Shown here piece by piece: positions 19,016-29,209 of a DNA stretch of 64,000 nucleotides (its first letter is position 1; each line of letters opens with the position of its first letter). Position numbers and translations under genes: made by a program. Below the pieces are notes generated by a model. That model did no database searches. It was not told the origin of the DNA and was given only the letters and a program-made list of their open reading frames with translations. This DNA comes from Dehalococcoidia bacterium. Lineage in GTDB: Bacteria; Chloroflexota; Dehalococcoidia; Lucifugimonadales; Australimonadaceae. The stretch spans positions 14,020-78,019 of the forward strand of contig CAUZFB010000005.1 in NCBI GenBank assembly GCA_963579135.1, in the 5' to 3' direction.

Positions 19016-20259
19016 TAAGACACAATCCCGTTGGCGATGAGCTCGTCGACCTGGGCGTCAGTCATGCCTAATTGCTGTGCCAGGACCTCGGCCGAATGCT
19101 CGCCCAGGTCTGGCGGGCTACTCGCACTCACAGTAGGTGTGCGCGAAAGCTTTATCGGGTTGCCCGCGAACCGTACCGAACCCAGCGCTGGGTGGTCGAT
19201 GTCCACGAACATGCCGCGCTCATTCACCTGCGGGTCGCGCGCCACCTCGGCGATGTTCTGCACCGGCCCAACGGGAATCCCCATGCCACTCAGCAACTCA
19301 ACCCACTCGTTCGTGGTCTTCTGGAGCATCGCTTCCTCGATGATCGGGATCAACTCATCATAGTGCTGCGTACGCCCCCACCCCGATTGGTAGCGCTCGT
19401 CGTCGATCAGCTCCGGGTGCTCGATGCCTGCGCAGAACAACGGCCATTGCTCGGTGGAACCGCCCATGATAGCCACGACGAGATGTCCGTCCGAAGCCTG
19501 AAATGCCTGGAACGGCGTGGAGCTCGGGTGCCGCGTACCGATCCGCTCAGGGATCTCACCGAGCGTGAAGTAGCGGGTGAAGGCGTTCTCCATAATCGCG
19601 ACCTGGCAATCAAGCATCGAGATATCTATGTACTGCCCCTCCTCAGACTTCTCACGCTCCAACAGAGCGCCCTGAATCGCCACCGTAGTGAACAGGGCCG
19701 CTGTGATGTCACCGATGCTCGCACCGGGCCGGACTGGGCCACGACCAGGCTCACCGGTAATGCTCAGCATCCCACCCATGCCCTGCACAATCACATCCAA
19801 CGCGGGCCGCGCCGCATAAGGACCTGACTGACCGAACCCGGAGATCGATGCCATAACCAATCGCGGATTACGGGCTTTCAGCGCGGCGTATCCCAGACCG
19901 AATTTCTCCATGGTCCCCGGCCGGAAGTTCTCCACCAGCACGTCCGCCTGCTCCACTAAGTCCAACAGCAGCGCTGCACCCTTCGGCTTTGTGAGGTCTA
20001 TGGCGATCGATCGCTTATTGCGGTTGATGCTCATGAAATAAGAACTAAACGCCCCGGGTCCCTGTGCCGTCGCAGACACCTGGTTTCCATCCGCATCCGT
20101 CGTCAGGAAAGGCCCATTGCCACGGGCTGGATCGCCCATCCCTGGCTGCTCAACCTTGATCACATCGGCGCCGAAATCGGCCAGAAGCATGGTGCAGAAA
20201 GGACCCGACAGAATCCGGGTCAGATCAAGGACAGTTAAACCGGCAAGCGGACCGGACAT
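19015..20259 (-). CDS. Family III CoA-transferase (CaiB/BaiF)
   Basis: PLAGLTVLDLTRILSGP, GADVIKVE, NRNKRSIAIDL, ENFRPG, SISGFGQSGP. Confidence 0.93.
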   Translation of the reverse strand: MSGPLAGLTVLDLTRILSGPFCTMLLADFGADVIKVEQPGMGDPARGNGPFLTTDADGNQVSATAQGPGAFSSYFMSINRNKRSIAIDLTKPKGAALLLDLVEQADVLVENFRPGTMEKFGLGYAALKARNPRLVMASISGFGQSGPYAARPALDVIVQGMGGMLSITGEPGRGPVRPGASIGDITAALFTTVAIQGALLEREKSEEGQYIDISMLDCQVAIMENAFTRYFTLGEIPERIGTRHPSSTPFQAFQASDGHLVVAIMGGSTEQWPLFCAGIEHPELIDDERYQSGWGRTQHYDELIPIIEEAMLQKTTNEWVELLSGMGIPVGPVQNIAEVARDPQVNERGMFVDIDHPALGSVRFAGNPIKLSRTPTVSASSPPDLGEHSAEVLAQQLGMTDAQVDELIANGIVS

Positions 20260-20359
20260 AGTGGGCACCTCACGTACAGCAGATCAAACGCCCGCATTCT
20301 AACTGGCCCGGCTGTGTCCCGGGTGAACGAGAGGCTACCGCTCTGCGGCGACGGCGCGC

Positions 20360-20539
20360 GCAATAGCGCACACCGCAACCTGAGGAACATCGAGCGCATT
20401 GTCCAGCGTGTGGGATAGCGACGACCTATCTCAGGGGCAGTCGTTCGACTTCACTTTCCTGGGGGCGGGAGTATTCCCCTACATCTGCACCATCCATCCG
20501 TCTGTGACGGGAACGGTAATCGTGACTGAAGCGTCGTAA
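20360..20539 (+). pseudogene. Cupredoxin (plastocyanin/amicyanin-type) gene remnant
   Basis: Hand translation AIAHTAT*GTSSALSSVWDSDDLSQGQSFDFTFLGAGVFPYICTIHPSVTGTVIV; in-frame TGA at 20381; no intact N-terminus. Confidence 0.7.
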
Positions 20540-20545
20540 GGGCAA

Positions 20546-20585
20546 CGTTCGTGGCTGCCGGGGATCACTCCGGCAGCCACGAACG
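20546..20585. repeat. 16-bp perfect inverted repeat (hairpin) between convergent units
   Basis: cgttcgtggctgccgg ... ccggcagccacgaacg. Confidence 0.75.
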
Positions 20586-20662
20586 CACCGCTTGGGTACT
20601 CGCCACATGAGCTCGTTGACGGTCGCACCAGCACCAGCGTGTCTACTCGCTCGTCTATAAGC

Positions 20663-21112
20663 CTAAAGACGCGGATCTAGCTTGTTGAACAGGGACCGTG
20701 GGTTGGGCAGCAGGCCACCGACGAAAGCGATCACGGCGATTGCGACGACGAGAAGAGCCACGTTGAAGGCGAAGTAACCGGGAAGGCCGACGGGCGTGAG
20801 GAATCCAGCTGCCAGCAGGGATCCGACCCTGCTCACGCCAACCATTCGTTGCCGTACCACCACCAGGCCTAGGAGCCCAGCCGCTAGCGGCGCCAAGCCG
20901 TAGGCCAGCAGCATTCCCTCTACCTCACCAGTCGCTACGAACCACACAACGAAGGCGTAATTCAGCGCCCCCAGACCCAAGACGAGAATCGACGCCCCTA
21001 GCACGCTCGCATCGCGATCCGCAACCATGCCGCCACGCAGGGAACCCATGGGCACGGCGAACGCGACTCCCATGACCGCCAGGACCACTCCGAAAAGGAT
21101 TGCTGCTTCCAT
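20663..21112 (-). CDS. Hypothetical membrane protein
   Basis: MEAAILFG... with 4-5 hydrophobic helices; start uncertain. Confidence 0.6.
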   Translation of the reverse strand: MEAAILFGVVLAVMGVAFAVPMGSLRGGMVADRDASVLGASILVLGLGALNYAFVVWFVATGEVEGMLLAYGLAPLAAGLLGLVVVRQRMVGVSRVGSLLAAGFLTPVGLPGYFAFNVALLVVAIAVIAFVGGLLPNPRSLFNKLDPRL

Positions 21113-21272
21113 AGATACCAAGGGTAGCAGGGCGCGAGGCCCACGCCGCTTGCGCCAGGGCACGCCCCGTACCCATAAGCGTTGTCTGGCGTTCTAGGGG
21201 GGATGGCACGCTCTGTTGCTTCGCGTTGGCGTTGGGCGAGGGCGAACGCGGGTCCAGAGCGTGCAGTGGTGG

Positions 21273-22931
21273 CTAGAGGAGGACTCCGTCGTCGTTGCGG
21301 AGCATGTGCTTGCGCAACAACGGCACCGGCGGCCCACCGTGGCTCAGCAGCTCATCGTGGAACGCCTTAAGCGAGTAAGTGGTCCCCTGCTCGGCCTGCC
21401 AATCTGCGCGCAGCTTGGTGATCAGCAACTTGCCGAGCGTGTAGTTCAGGTAGCCGGGATCAAACGTCCCACGAAGCGCCTCCTTCGTGGCGGGCAGCTC
21501 TTCCATGAACGCCTCCCTCTGGAAGAAACGCTCGGACTCAGCCAGCGTCTGCCCTTGCGTGTGCATGCGTAGCGAGCACAGCAAGCGACACGCCCGCACG
21601 AGCGCCTCCTGCGCCATCGCAAGCTGCAGCTTCGGGTCTCCGTCTCCGTAACCTGCCTCTAGGAACATTTCCTCGCAGTAGTGCGCCCAGCCCTCCCAGA
21701 ATGAATATGCACCGAAGACCTTCGACACCGCCGACGGTGCATGCGCATGGCGCAAAAAGTGCACGTAATGTCCGGGGTACGCTTCATGGACGGAGATGAT
21801 CTTGAGGGTGGCGTAGTTGAAGTTCGAAAGCCATTCCTCCGCCTGCTCAGCGGTCCAGTGCGTCTCCACGGGGGTTACGTAGTAGAACGACTCCGTTGCC
21901 ACTTGCTCGAACGGCCCAGGGCCGTCCATCGCAGCGAACGCCCACCGCATAAAGGCGGGCGTCTCGCGTACCTGCACGCGGACATCTGAAATCACCGACA
22001 CGATATTGTGGTCAATCGTGAAACTGCGGATCTCTTCTAGCATCTCGCGCGTCTCGTCAATAAGCCGGTCGGCGGCCGGATGGTCCTTGGTCACCACCGC
22101 GATCGCCTCGGCCAAAGGCTTGCCTGGGGCGATATGCTCCGCCGCCTCTCTAACCAACGCCTGGTGCCGACGTAGCTCGCGCTCGCCCGCAGCCTCGATC
22201 TGGGACAGCGGGAAGTCCACCATTTCCCCCAGGCTGAGCATCGTCGCGTAGCGCTCAGTGCCGATGGCGAAGTCGTCGTTGGCCGTCGTTTCGTGAGCGC
22301 GCAGGTAACCGACCATCGCGTCGATGGCGGCCGCTGCGCTCTCAGCCGCTTGCGTCGCCTCGCCGGAACCATCAGCGTCCAGGTTCGCTTTCGCGAACTC
22401 GGTCACGTCGCCGCGGTAAAAACCCGCCACGCCTAAGTACGCCTCGATTGTTTGGCCCAGCACCGGCTTGGCGAACGGCGGCTCCAGCAGGTCGCGCACC
22501 GAATCCAAATACGCAGGCACGGCCCGCAGGAGGTTGACCATCGAGGCCATCCTTTGCTCAACGGGCGCATAGCTCCGATCCATGTATGCTGTCGCCTCCA
22601 GTGGCCACATCAGGGCCATCGGATCGTGCGTGAAAGAGCGATTCTCCGTCAGCTCCCAAATCTCGCTACGCAGGCCCAGAAGCAGCAAGTCAAGGTCGAA
22701 GGACTCCATCGAGGCCAGCCCGCCGGGGACGATCGCCACGCCGTCGGCCAGCGCCGCACGCAATCCGGCGACGCGAGCCTCGATGGACGCAGACGTCACC
22801 GGCGGCAGCAGGCCGTCGTAATCGTGGATTCCGGAACCAGCCGCCTCAGGCGGCGACGCCTTCCAACGTTCGTCGAGCACCCGCTCAGCCAACGCTGCAA
22901 GTCGTGCAGAAGAATCGGCTTGTGTAGTCAT
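21273..22931 (-). CDS. DUF885 family protein (gluzincin-like)
   Basis: HEAYPGH, EGWAHYCE, PGYLNYTLGKL, FHDELL..G. Confidence 0.88.
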   Translation of the reverse strand: MTTQADSSARLAALAERVLDERWKASPPEAAGSGIHDYDGLLPPVTSASIEARVAGLRAALADGVAIVPGGLASMESFDLDLLLLGLRSEIWELTENRSFTHDPMALMWPLEATAYMDRSYAPVEQRMASMVNLLRAVPAYLDSVRDLLEPPFAKPVLGQTIEAYLGVAGFYRGDVTEFAKANLDADGSGEATQAAESAAAAIDAMVGYLRAHETTANDDFAIGTERYATMLSLGEMVDFPLSQIEAAGERELRRHQALVREAAEHIAPGKPLAEAIAVVTKDHPAADRLIDETREMLEEIRSFTIDHNIVSVISDVRVQVRETPAFMRWAFAAMDGPGPFEQVATESFYYVTPVETHWTAEQAEEWLSNFNYATLKIISVHEAYPGHYVHFLRHAHAPSAVSKVFGAYSFWEGWAHYCEEMFLEAGYGDGDPKLQLAMAQEALVRACRLLCSLRMHTQGQTLAESERFFQREAFMEELPATKEALRGTFDPGYLNYTLGKLLITKLRADWQAEQGTTYSLKAFHDELLSHGGPPVPLLRKHMLRNDDGVLL

Positions 22932-23093
22932 GCCGGGAGCTTAGCGGCCCCCGTACCCATCGTCTACGCAGCCACTACTCGAGGCACGTCCAGCGCTCCA
23001 GCCGGTAACATCGCTGGACGACGCTTCATCACGCCTGGGCCCTATACTATAGTCTCGAGTCGCAACGCTGGTGCACAGTGCGAGGAGGAACCA

Positions 23094-24188
23094 ATGACAA
23101 CGCAAGACTTGGAACGGCTTATCGATGGTGACGGTCACGTGATGGAGAACGTTCAGGCGATTGTGGACCGATTGCCTGAGCCCTACCGCAGCGGGAACGG
23201 GAGCGCTATCCGCGATCCATTCCCGCCCATCGACCACCTCCATTCGTCCAACAAGCACTCCGTGCCCGAAGGGGCGTTTGCCCCGGTTGGCGTGGACGGT
23301 TGGAAGGACTTCATGCAGGATCTGGCGATGGACTCAACCGTCCTGTATACGACCCGAGGCCTCGGGTTCGGCAAGATTGTCAGCAAGGACTGGGCCATTG
23401 TGTTGGCACGGGCCTACAACGACTTCATGTATGACACGTACATCAAGGGCCAGGGCGGACGCTTCCAGGTCATGGGATTGATCCCGCTGCAAGACACGCC
23501 GGCAGCTGTGGAAGAGTTGACACGCATCTCCCAGGACTACGGGTTTTGCGGCGCGATGCTTCCGTCGACGGGAGCCCAGGGGATGCAGTCGCATCTTGGG
23601 AACGAGCGCTACTGGCCCATCTACGAAGCGGCCCAGGACCTCAGCATGGCTATCGGCATCCACGGTGGAGCGCACGACAACATGCTGATGGACGACATGA
23701 GCCCCTATGCACCGGTGAACGCGCTGGGCCACCCGTGGGGTCAGATGGTCAACTTTGCGGGCATCATCTTCAACGGAGTGTTCGACAAGTACCCGGGAGT
23801 GAAGATCGGGTTCTTGGAGGCCGGTTGCGCGTGGCTGCTCGCCTGCATGGAACGCTTCTCGGGTTCGTGGGACAGCCATGTGCAGTACGATCCGAACGGC
23901 CGCTTCCTCCAGATGAAGAAGGGCGAGCGCGTCGTGGACTACGTCAATCGGCACATCGACGAGGGGCGCATCTACGTCGGCGTCGAGGGCGATGAGCTGA
24001 CCCTGCCGTCAGCTGTGCGGTTGACCGGCAACAAGCCCTACATCTTCTCGTCCGACTTCCCCCACGAGGTGAACAACGAGACGTGCAAGGAAGAGATCCA
24101 AGAGCTGCGGGACAATCCCGAGCTGAGCGATGCCGACAAGGCAGGGATCTTGCACGCGAATTCGCTCGCGTTCTACGGCCTGAATTAG
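23094..24188 (+). CDS. Amidohydrolase family protein
   Basis: IDGDGHV, AYNDF, IGIHGG, FLEAGCAW, SSDFPHE; GAGGAGG RBS before ATG 23094. Confidence 0.87.
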   Translation: MTTQDLERLIDGDGHVMENVQAIVDRLPEPYRSGNGSAIRDPFPPIDHLHSSNKHSVPEGAFAPVGVDGWKDFMQDLAMDSTVLYTTRGLGFGKIVSKDWAIVLARAYNDFMYDTYIKGQGGRFQVMGLIPLQDTPAAVEELTRISQDYGFCGAMLPSTGAQGMQSHLGNERYWPIYEAAQDLSMAIGIHGGAHDNMLMDDMSPYAPVNALGHPWGQMVNFAGIIFNGVFDKYPGVKIGFLEAGCAWLLACMERFSGSWDSHVQYDPNGRFLQMKKGERVVDYVNRHIDEGRIYVGVEGDELTLPSAVRLTGNKPYIFSSDFPHEVNNETCKEEIQELRDNPELSDADKAGILHANSLAFYGLN

Positions 24189-24210
24189 GCCGACTCGTCC
24201 GCAGTGGATT

Positions 24211-24280
24211 CGGCTTGATCGCCTTCTAGATAACAGGCCCGTCTTAGGACGGGCCTGTTATCTAGAAGGCGATCAAGCCG
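24211..24280. repeat. 33-bp perfect inverted repeat with 4-nt loop
   Basis: cggcttgatcgccttctagataacaggcccgtc-ttag-gacgggcctgttatctagaaggcgatcaagccg, checked base by base. Confidence 0.95.
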
Positions 24281-24346
24281 GGTGCTGTACCATGCCCCGC
24301 GACCCTGCAGCCCGGCCAAGGCAACACAGGCAAGAAGGAACCTGAC

Positions 24347-25144
24347 GTGGACCTAGAGATCTCAGGAAAGATAGCCATTGTCGGCGGATCAAGTAAGGGC
24401 ATTGGATTCGCCGCAGCCCAATCGATCGCACACGAAGGCGGCAACGTCACTATCGTGGCACGCCACGGCGACGAGCTCGAAGCCGCCGCCACGAAGCTCC
24501 GAACGCAGACCACCACCAACGCCATCCTCCCAGTCGTCGGTGATCTGGCCAACCCGGACGACATCCAGCGCGTGTACGACGAGACCATGGCTCGCTGGGG
24601 GCGCGTGGACATCGTGGTCAATAACCTCGGCGGCCCACCTCCCGGCCAAATCATGGAATTCACGGACGAACAATGGCAGTTGGCGTTCGACCTCAACTTC
24701 TCCAGCGCCATGCGCATGAATCGGCTCGTACTTCCCGGCATGATTGAACGCCGGCACGGCAGGATCATCGCCGTGCTCTCCAAGACCATCAAAGAACCCG
24801 AAGACCGCCTGGGCCTGTCCACGGTCGCGCGGTCGGCCCTCTCCTCCTACTCCAAGCTGTTGGCGCAGGATGTGGCAGCCGACGGCATCACCGTGAACAA
24901 CGTGCTCCCCGGCTCCGTCGCCACCGACCGACTCCAGTCGGTGATCGGCTTCCAGGCCAAAGCGAACAACCGCACTGTTGAGGCGCAAGAAGCATTCCGG
25001 CTCACCAGCGTCCCCGCTGGCCGCTTCGGCGACCCAGCCGAGCTCGGCGACGTCATCGCGTTCCTTGCGTCGGCACGAGCGGGGTTCATCACCGCTCAGA
25101 ACATCGCCGTCGACGGTGGTCAAATAAAGGGACTATCCGCCTAG
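24347..25144 (+). CDS. Short-chain dehydrogenase/reductase (atypical, S for catalytic Y)
   Basis: GGSSKGIG, NNLGGPPPG, LSTVAR, ITVNNVLPG, VDGG. Confidence 0.88.
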   Translation: MDLEISGKIAIVGGSSKGIGFAAAQSIAHEGGNVTIVARHGDELEAAATKLRTQTTTNAILPVVGDLANPDDIQRVYDETMARWGRVDIVVNNLGGPPPGQIMEFTDEQWQLAFDLNFSSAMRMNRLVLPGMIERRHGRIIAVLSKTIKEPEDRLGLSTVARSALSSYSKLLAQDVAADGITVNNVLPGSVATDRLQSVIGFQAKANNRTVEAQEAFRLTSVPAGRFGDPAELGDVIAFLASARAGFITAQNIAVDGGQIKGLSA

Positions 25145-25413
25145 ACCCTCACAGTTGTCCCCGGTCCTCGAACGTCAGTATGCCCACCCACACACGACAC
25201 TTATCGCTGCCTGCACACTGCATGCGTCCCCGGAACGTAGCCACCTTGGATTCCTGCTTACGCCGGGATGACGAGGAGCATCGCCACCGTGGTAGCATCC
25301 AGCCAATCTCACGCACGTTAGGTGCCGCGCAGCCTAGGAGCAACACCATGGTGCAGCCGGGACCCCGGAGCTACATGAGCCTACTGGACAGAGCGCGGGT
25401 ACCTCTAGGAGCG

Positions 25414-26601
25414 ATGTTGGCAGAACAATCCACCCCCATCCAGCAGGCGGAAGCGTTTCTCCTGTCGTCGGCCATCGACGCCTGGCTGGTTTACGATTAT
25501 CAAGGCATGAACCCTGCGCTCGCCGACCTGGTGCGGACGTCCGGATTCCTCACGCGGCCCGTCTTCCTACTCATCCACCCCGGCGACGAGCCTGTGATGC
25601 TAGTCAGCGCAGTCGACGCCGGCCAAGTCCACACCGCCGGCCTATCCGTCCAGCCATACGTCGGCCTCCAGGACGTCCATGCCAAACTTGGCACACTAGT
25701 AGCGCCGCTGCGCACTGTCGCGATGGAATACTCACCCCTGCGCCAGCTCCCACGCGCGTCGCGAGTGGACGCAGGCACTGTCGAACTGGTGCGATCGTTG
25801 GGCGTCGAGGTCGTGTCGTCAGCTGAGTTGTTGCAGTACTCCACCCAACGCTGGTCCGACGCAGGGCTCGCCTCCCACCGACGCGCTGTCAATCAGATCA
25901 GTGCCATCGTCCTCGACGCCTTTGCCGAAATCGGCAACCGCCTTACCACGGGTGTCACTGAGCACGACATCCACGAGTCCATCATGGCCCGCTTCGCCGA
26001 TGCTGGGCTGGAGACGGATCACGGGCCCGTCGTGGCCGCCAACGGCCACGCCTCCGACCCCCACTTCGCGCCCAGGCCCGAGGCCGGCGTCCGGTTCGCC
26101 CCCGGCGACTGGGTGCTCATCGACCTCTGGGCCAAGGAGCAAGGGCCCGACGCCATCTACGCCGACATCACGTGGACAGCGCACATCGGCGCGACAGTCC
26201 CCGACGAACGCCAGCGCGTGTTCGATGTGGTCACGGGTGCCCGTGACGCCGCCACCGATTTCCTACGAGAACGCTTAGCCCCTGGCCAAAACGCTAGAGG
26301 CGCGCAGGGCTGGGAAGCCGATCATGTCGCCCGCCGCTACATCACGGACGCAGGCTACGGCGACTACTTCGTCCATCGGCTGGGCCACAGCCTCGGCAAG
26401 CAGGTCCACGCGGGCGGAGTCAACCTCGACAGCATTGAGACGCACGACACGCGCACGTTCTTGCCTGGCCTGGGCTTCACCATCGAGCCTGGCGTCTACC
26501 TCCCCCAGTTCGGCGTTCGTTCCGAAATCGATCTCCACGTCGGCCCACGCGGCCTCGAGATCACCACTCCCGTTCAACGCGACGTCGTCCTCATCGGCTA
26601 G
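25414..26601 (+). CDS. M24 family (Xaa-Pro) metallopeptidase
   Basis: LIDLW, YADITW, HRLGHSLG..VH, FTIEPGVY, GVRSE. Confidence 0.88.
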   Translation: MLAEQSTPIQQAEAFLLSSAIDAWLVYDYQGMNPALADLVRTSGFLTRPVFLLIHPGDEPVMLVSAVDAGQVHTAGLSVQPYVGLQDVHAKLGTLVAPLRTVAMEYSPLRQLPRASRVDAGTVELVRSLGVEVVSSAELLQYSTQRWSDAGLASHRRAVNQISAIVLDAFAEIGNRLTTGVTEHDIHESIMARFADAGLETDHGPVVAANGHASDPHFAPRPEAGVRFAPGDWVLIDLWAKEQGPDAIYADITWTAHIGATVPDERQRVFDVVTGARDAATDFLRERLAPGQNARGAQGWEADHVARRYITDAGYGDYFVHRLGHSLGKQVHAGGVNLDSIETHDTRTFLPGLGFTIEPGVYLPQFGVRSEIDLHVGPRGLEITTPVQRDVVLIG

Positions 26602-26657
26602 CCACGTATACTCCCCGGAGCAACAGGCGCCCTGACGCCATCGCAAACGGAGTCTGG

Positions 26658-27950
26658 GTGCCGGTAAGACTTCCCTTCTATTACGGTTGGATCATCGCGC
26701 TCGGAGGCGGGATCAACGCCTCGTTCGTTCTCGGCAGCGCCCAGTTCGCACTGAGCACCTTCCTCGTTCCTATGGAGGAAGAGCTCGGCTGGAGCCGGAC
26801 AGTCTTCTTCGGTGCCCTGTCCGTTCGCTTCCTGTTGTCGGGCATGCTCGGGCCAATCCTCGGGCCTCTCTCCGACGGGGTCCGCGCACCTCGTTACCTG
26901 ATGCCCATCGGCGTCCTGCTCCTCGGAGGGTCCCTCTCCGCGATACGTTGGGTCGAGAGCCCTGTCCTCTTCTTTGCGCTCTACGGCTTCGTTGGTGCTA
27001 TAGCCTCGGCCATCCTTCACCTCACGATGTGGGAGGCCATCATCCTCAAGTGGTTCTCACGCAAACGCACGCGGGCCCTCGTCATCGGCGGCATTGGGGA
27101 AGGCTCTGGCCCGCTCTTCTTCCCTCTCCTCGTCACCGTCTTCATAGCCTGGTTCGGCTGGCGCGACGCCTGGCTCTGGTACGGCGTTGTCACGATCGCC
27201 ATTCTGATGCCCATCGCTCTGGCCGTCCGCACGCGCCCCGAACAGGTTGGCCAAATCCTCGACGGCGGCCTGCCACCAGCATCAGCTTCTGCAGGCGCCA
27301 GCGAGCAAGCCAGCGCACGACCATTAATCAGGGCGGAGGAAAGTTTCACCAGGCAAGAAGCCATGCGCACCCAGGGTTTCTGGATACTGCTCTTGATCTT
27401 CACGCTCAGCGGAATCGTCATCACCGGATTCCAATCCCAGTGGATCCCGCATTTCAGAGACATCGGCATCAGCGCAACGCTCGCCGCCACTGCCGTCTCC
27501 GTATACGGACTACTCAACATCACCAGCCGCGTCCTCTGGGGCATCCTGGTGCCGCGCTTTCCCATCCGGCGCCTCATGGTTGCCCACGCCTTCGCGGCAG
27601 GCGGTGGGGTCGCGTTCCTCGTGTTCGTCGTCAATGGTCCGATAACCCTTTTCATCTGGGCTGTGTACCAGGGCCTCATGCTGGGAGTGTTTTTCTCCCT
27701 GCACACCATCATCTCCGCCGAGTTCTTTGGCCGCTCCCATATCGGCGCCGTTCGTGGAGCGATGCTCCCTACGACCAGCCTCTCGAGAGCAGGCGGCCCC
27801 CTGTTGCTCAGCGCACTGCGCGACGCGCGAGGTTCCTACGACGCAGCATTCGTCCTGGTTCTAGGAGGGTGGGCGCTGATGGCATCGCTCACGTTCCTAT
27901 CGCGTAACCCAAGCCGCGCAAGCGCCTCTGAACAGGAACCCCAACCGTGA
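26658..27950 (+). CDS. MFS transporter
   Basis: 12-TM pattern; PFYYGW, EELGWSR, KWF.RKR, FFGR.HIGA. Confidence 0.88.
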   Translation: MPVRLPFYYGWIIALGGGINASFVLGSAQFALSTFLVPMEEELGWSRTVFFGALSVRFLLSGMLGPILGPLSDGVRAPRYLMPIGVLLLGGSLSAIRWVESPVLFFALYGFVGAIASAILHLTMWEAIILKWFSRKRTRALVIGGIGEGSGPLFFPLLVTVFIAWFGWRDAWLWYGVVTIAILMPIALAVRTRPEQVGQILDGGLPPASASAGASEQASARPLIRAEESFTRQEAMRTQGFWILLLIFTLSGIVITGFQSQWIPHFRDIGISATLAATAVSVYGLLNITSRVLWGILVPRFPIRRLMVAHAFAAGGGVAFLVFVVNGPITLFIWAVYQGLMLGVFFSLHTIISAEFFGRSHIGAVRGAMLPTTSLSRAGGPLLLSALRDARGSYDAAFVLVLGGWALMASLTFLSRNPSRASASEQEPQP

Positions 27951-29209
27951 CCCCACAACACGCCACGCTCGCCGCGCGCGTCCCTTTCTTCTACGGATGG
28001 GTCGTGGTGCTCGGCGCTGCCCTCAACGGTTCGTTCGTGCTCGGAAGCGCTCAATTCGCTCTCGGGGCCTTCCTCGTTCCCATGGAGGAAGACCTGGGCT
28101 GGAGTAATTCCGTACTTTTCGGTGCTCTCGCCATCCGTCAACTCGTCGGTGGTCTGCTGGGACCCGTGATCGGTCCTCTCGTCGACGGTCCGACCGCCCC
28201 GCGCATCGTCATGCCGTTGGGCGGCCTGCTCCTCGGCCTTTCGCTCATGACCGTCTATTGGGTGCACAGCCCCGTCTGGTTCTTCTTCACCTACGGGTTC
28301 GTTGGCGCCCTCGCCTTCGCCCTCATCAACACCACTATGTGGGACGCCGTCGTCCTGAAATGGTTCGTCCGGAAGCGCGCCAAAGCGCTGGTATGGACGA
28401 GCTTCGGCGCGGCGTCGGCCTCTATGATTTTCCCGCTGCTAGTGACGTTCCTCATCCTGAATGTCGGTTGGCGCGAGGCGTGGCTCTGGTACGGCATTCT
28501 CACCATCATCGTTCTCGTGCCCGTTGGGCTTCTCGTACGTGCGCGGCCCGAGCGCGAGGGCGTCATACCCGACGGAACTGAGCCATCTGCCGATGAGTCC
28601 GACCGCGCCAGGTCTGCATCCCCTACGGTCAGCATCACCCGTCCGGAGGCCATGCACACCTCCGCCTTCTGGCTGATTGGAGGCGCGTTCGCCCTTTCAG
28701 CGTTCGGGATAAACGCGTTCCAAGCACACTGGATCCCTTACTTCGTGGAGATCGGATTCAGTGCGGGAATCGCCGCGGCCGCCGTTAGCGTCTACGGGGC
28801 GGCCAACGTGGCCAGTCGTGTGCTCTGGGGATGGCTATCGACGCGCTACTCGATCCGTGCGCTGCTCGTCGCGCACACGCTCATGGCCGGGATCGGAGTG
28901 GGATTTGCGTTGATAATCCAGAATATGCCCATGCTCTTCGCCTGGGCCGTCTGGCACGGCATATTCCTGGGCTCATACAACTACCTGCACACGCTGCTGA
29001 GCGCCGAGTACTTCGGGCGCATGCACATCGGCGCAATCCGAGGCGCATGGCTCATGCCCGCGTCCTTCTTGCGCGCAGGGGGACCATTAGTCTTGGGCGT
29101 GATGCACAACATCCGAGGCACGTACGTGTTACCGTTCCTGTTTGCGTGGGCCATCTGGGGGGTCGTCACCGCTGCGATCGCGGCCGCTCGCCGCCCGACG
29201 AGCGTCTAG
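27947..29209 (+). CDS. MFS transporter (tandem paralog of the upstream gene)
   Basis: Shares SFVLGSAQFAL..FLVPMEE.LGWS and WIP.F with the previous ORF; GTGA overlap. Confidence 0.88.
   Translation: MTPQHATLAARVPFFYGWVVVLGAALNGSFVLGSAQFALGAFLVPMEEDLGWSNSVLFGALAIRQLVGGLLGPVIGPLVDGPTAPRIVMPLGGLLLGLSLMTVYWVHSPVWFFFTYGFVGALAFALINTTMWDAVVLKWFVRKRAKALVWTSFGAASASMIFPLLVTFLILNVGWREAWLWYGILTIIVLVPVGLLVRARPEREGVIPDGTEPSADESDRARSASPTVSITRPEAMHTSAFWLIGGAFALSAFGINAFQAHWIPYFVEIGFSAGIAAAAVSVYGAANVASRVLWGWLSTRYSIRALLVAHTLMAGIGVGFALIIQNMPMLFAWAVWHGIFLGSYNYLHTLLSAEYFGRMHIGAIRGAWLMPASFLRAGGPLVLGVMHNIRGTYVLPFLFAWAIWGVVTAAIAAARRPTSV

Noticed and set aside
22452-23093. Long N-terminal extensions in the ORF track (also 2581, 15992, 25180, 33206, 58902) and long antisense ORFs such as 6181-7209, 7521-8504 and 61150-62133
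   Set aside because: Shadow frames expected in high-GC DNA; they mostly overlap better-supported genes and lack motifs or an RBS.
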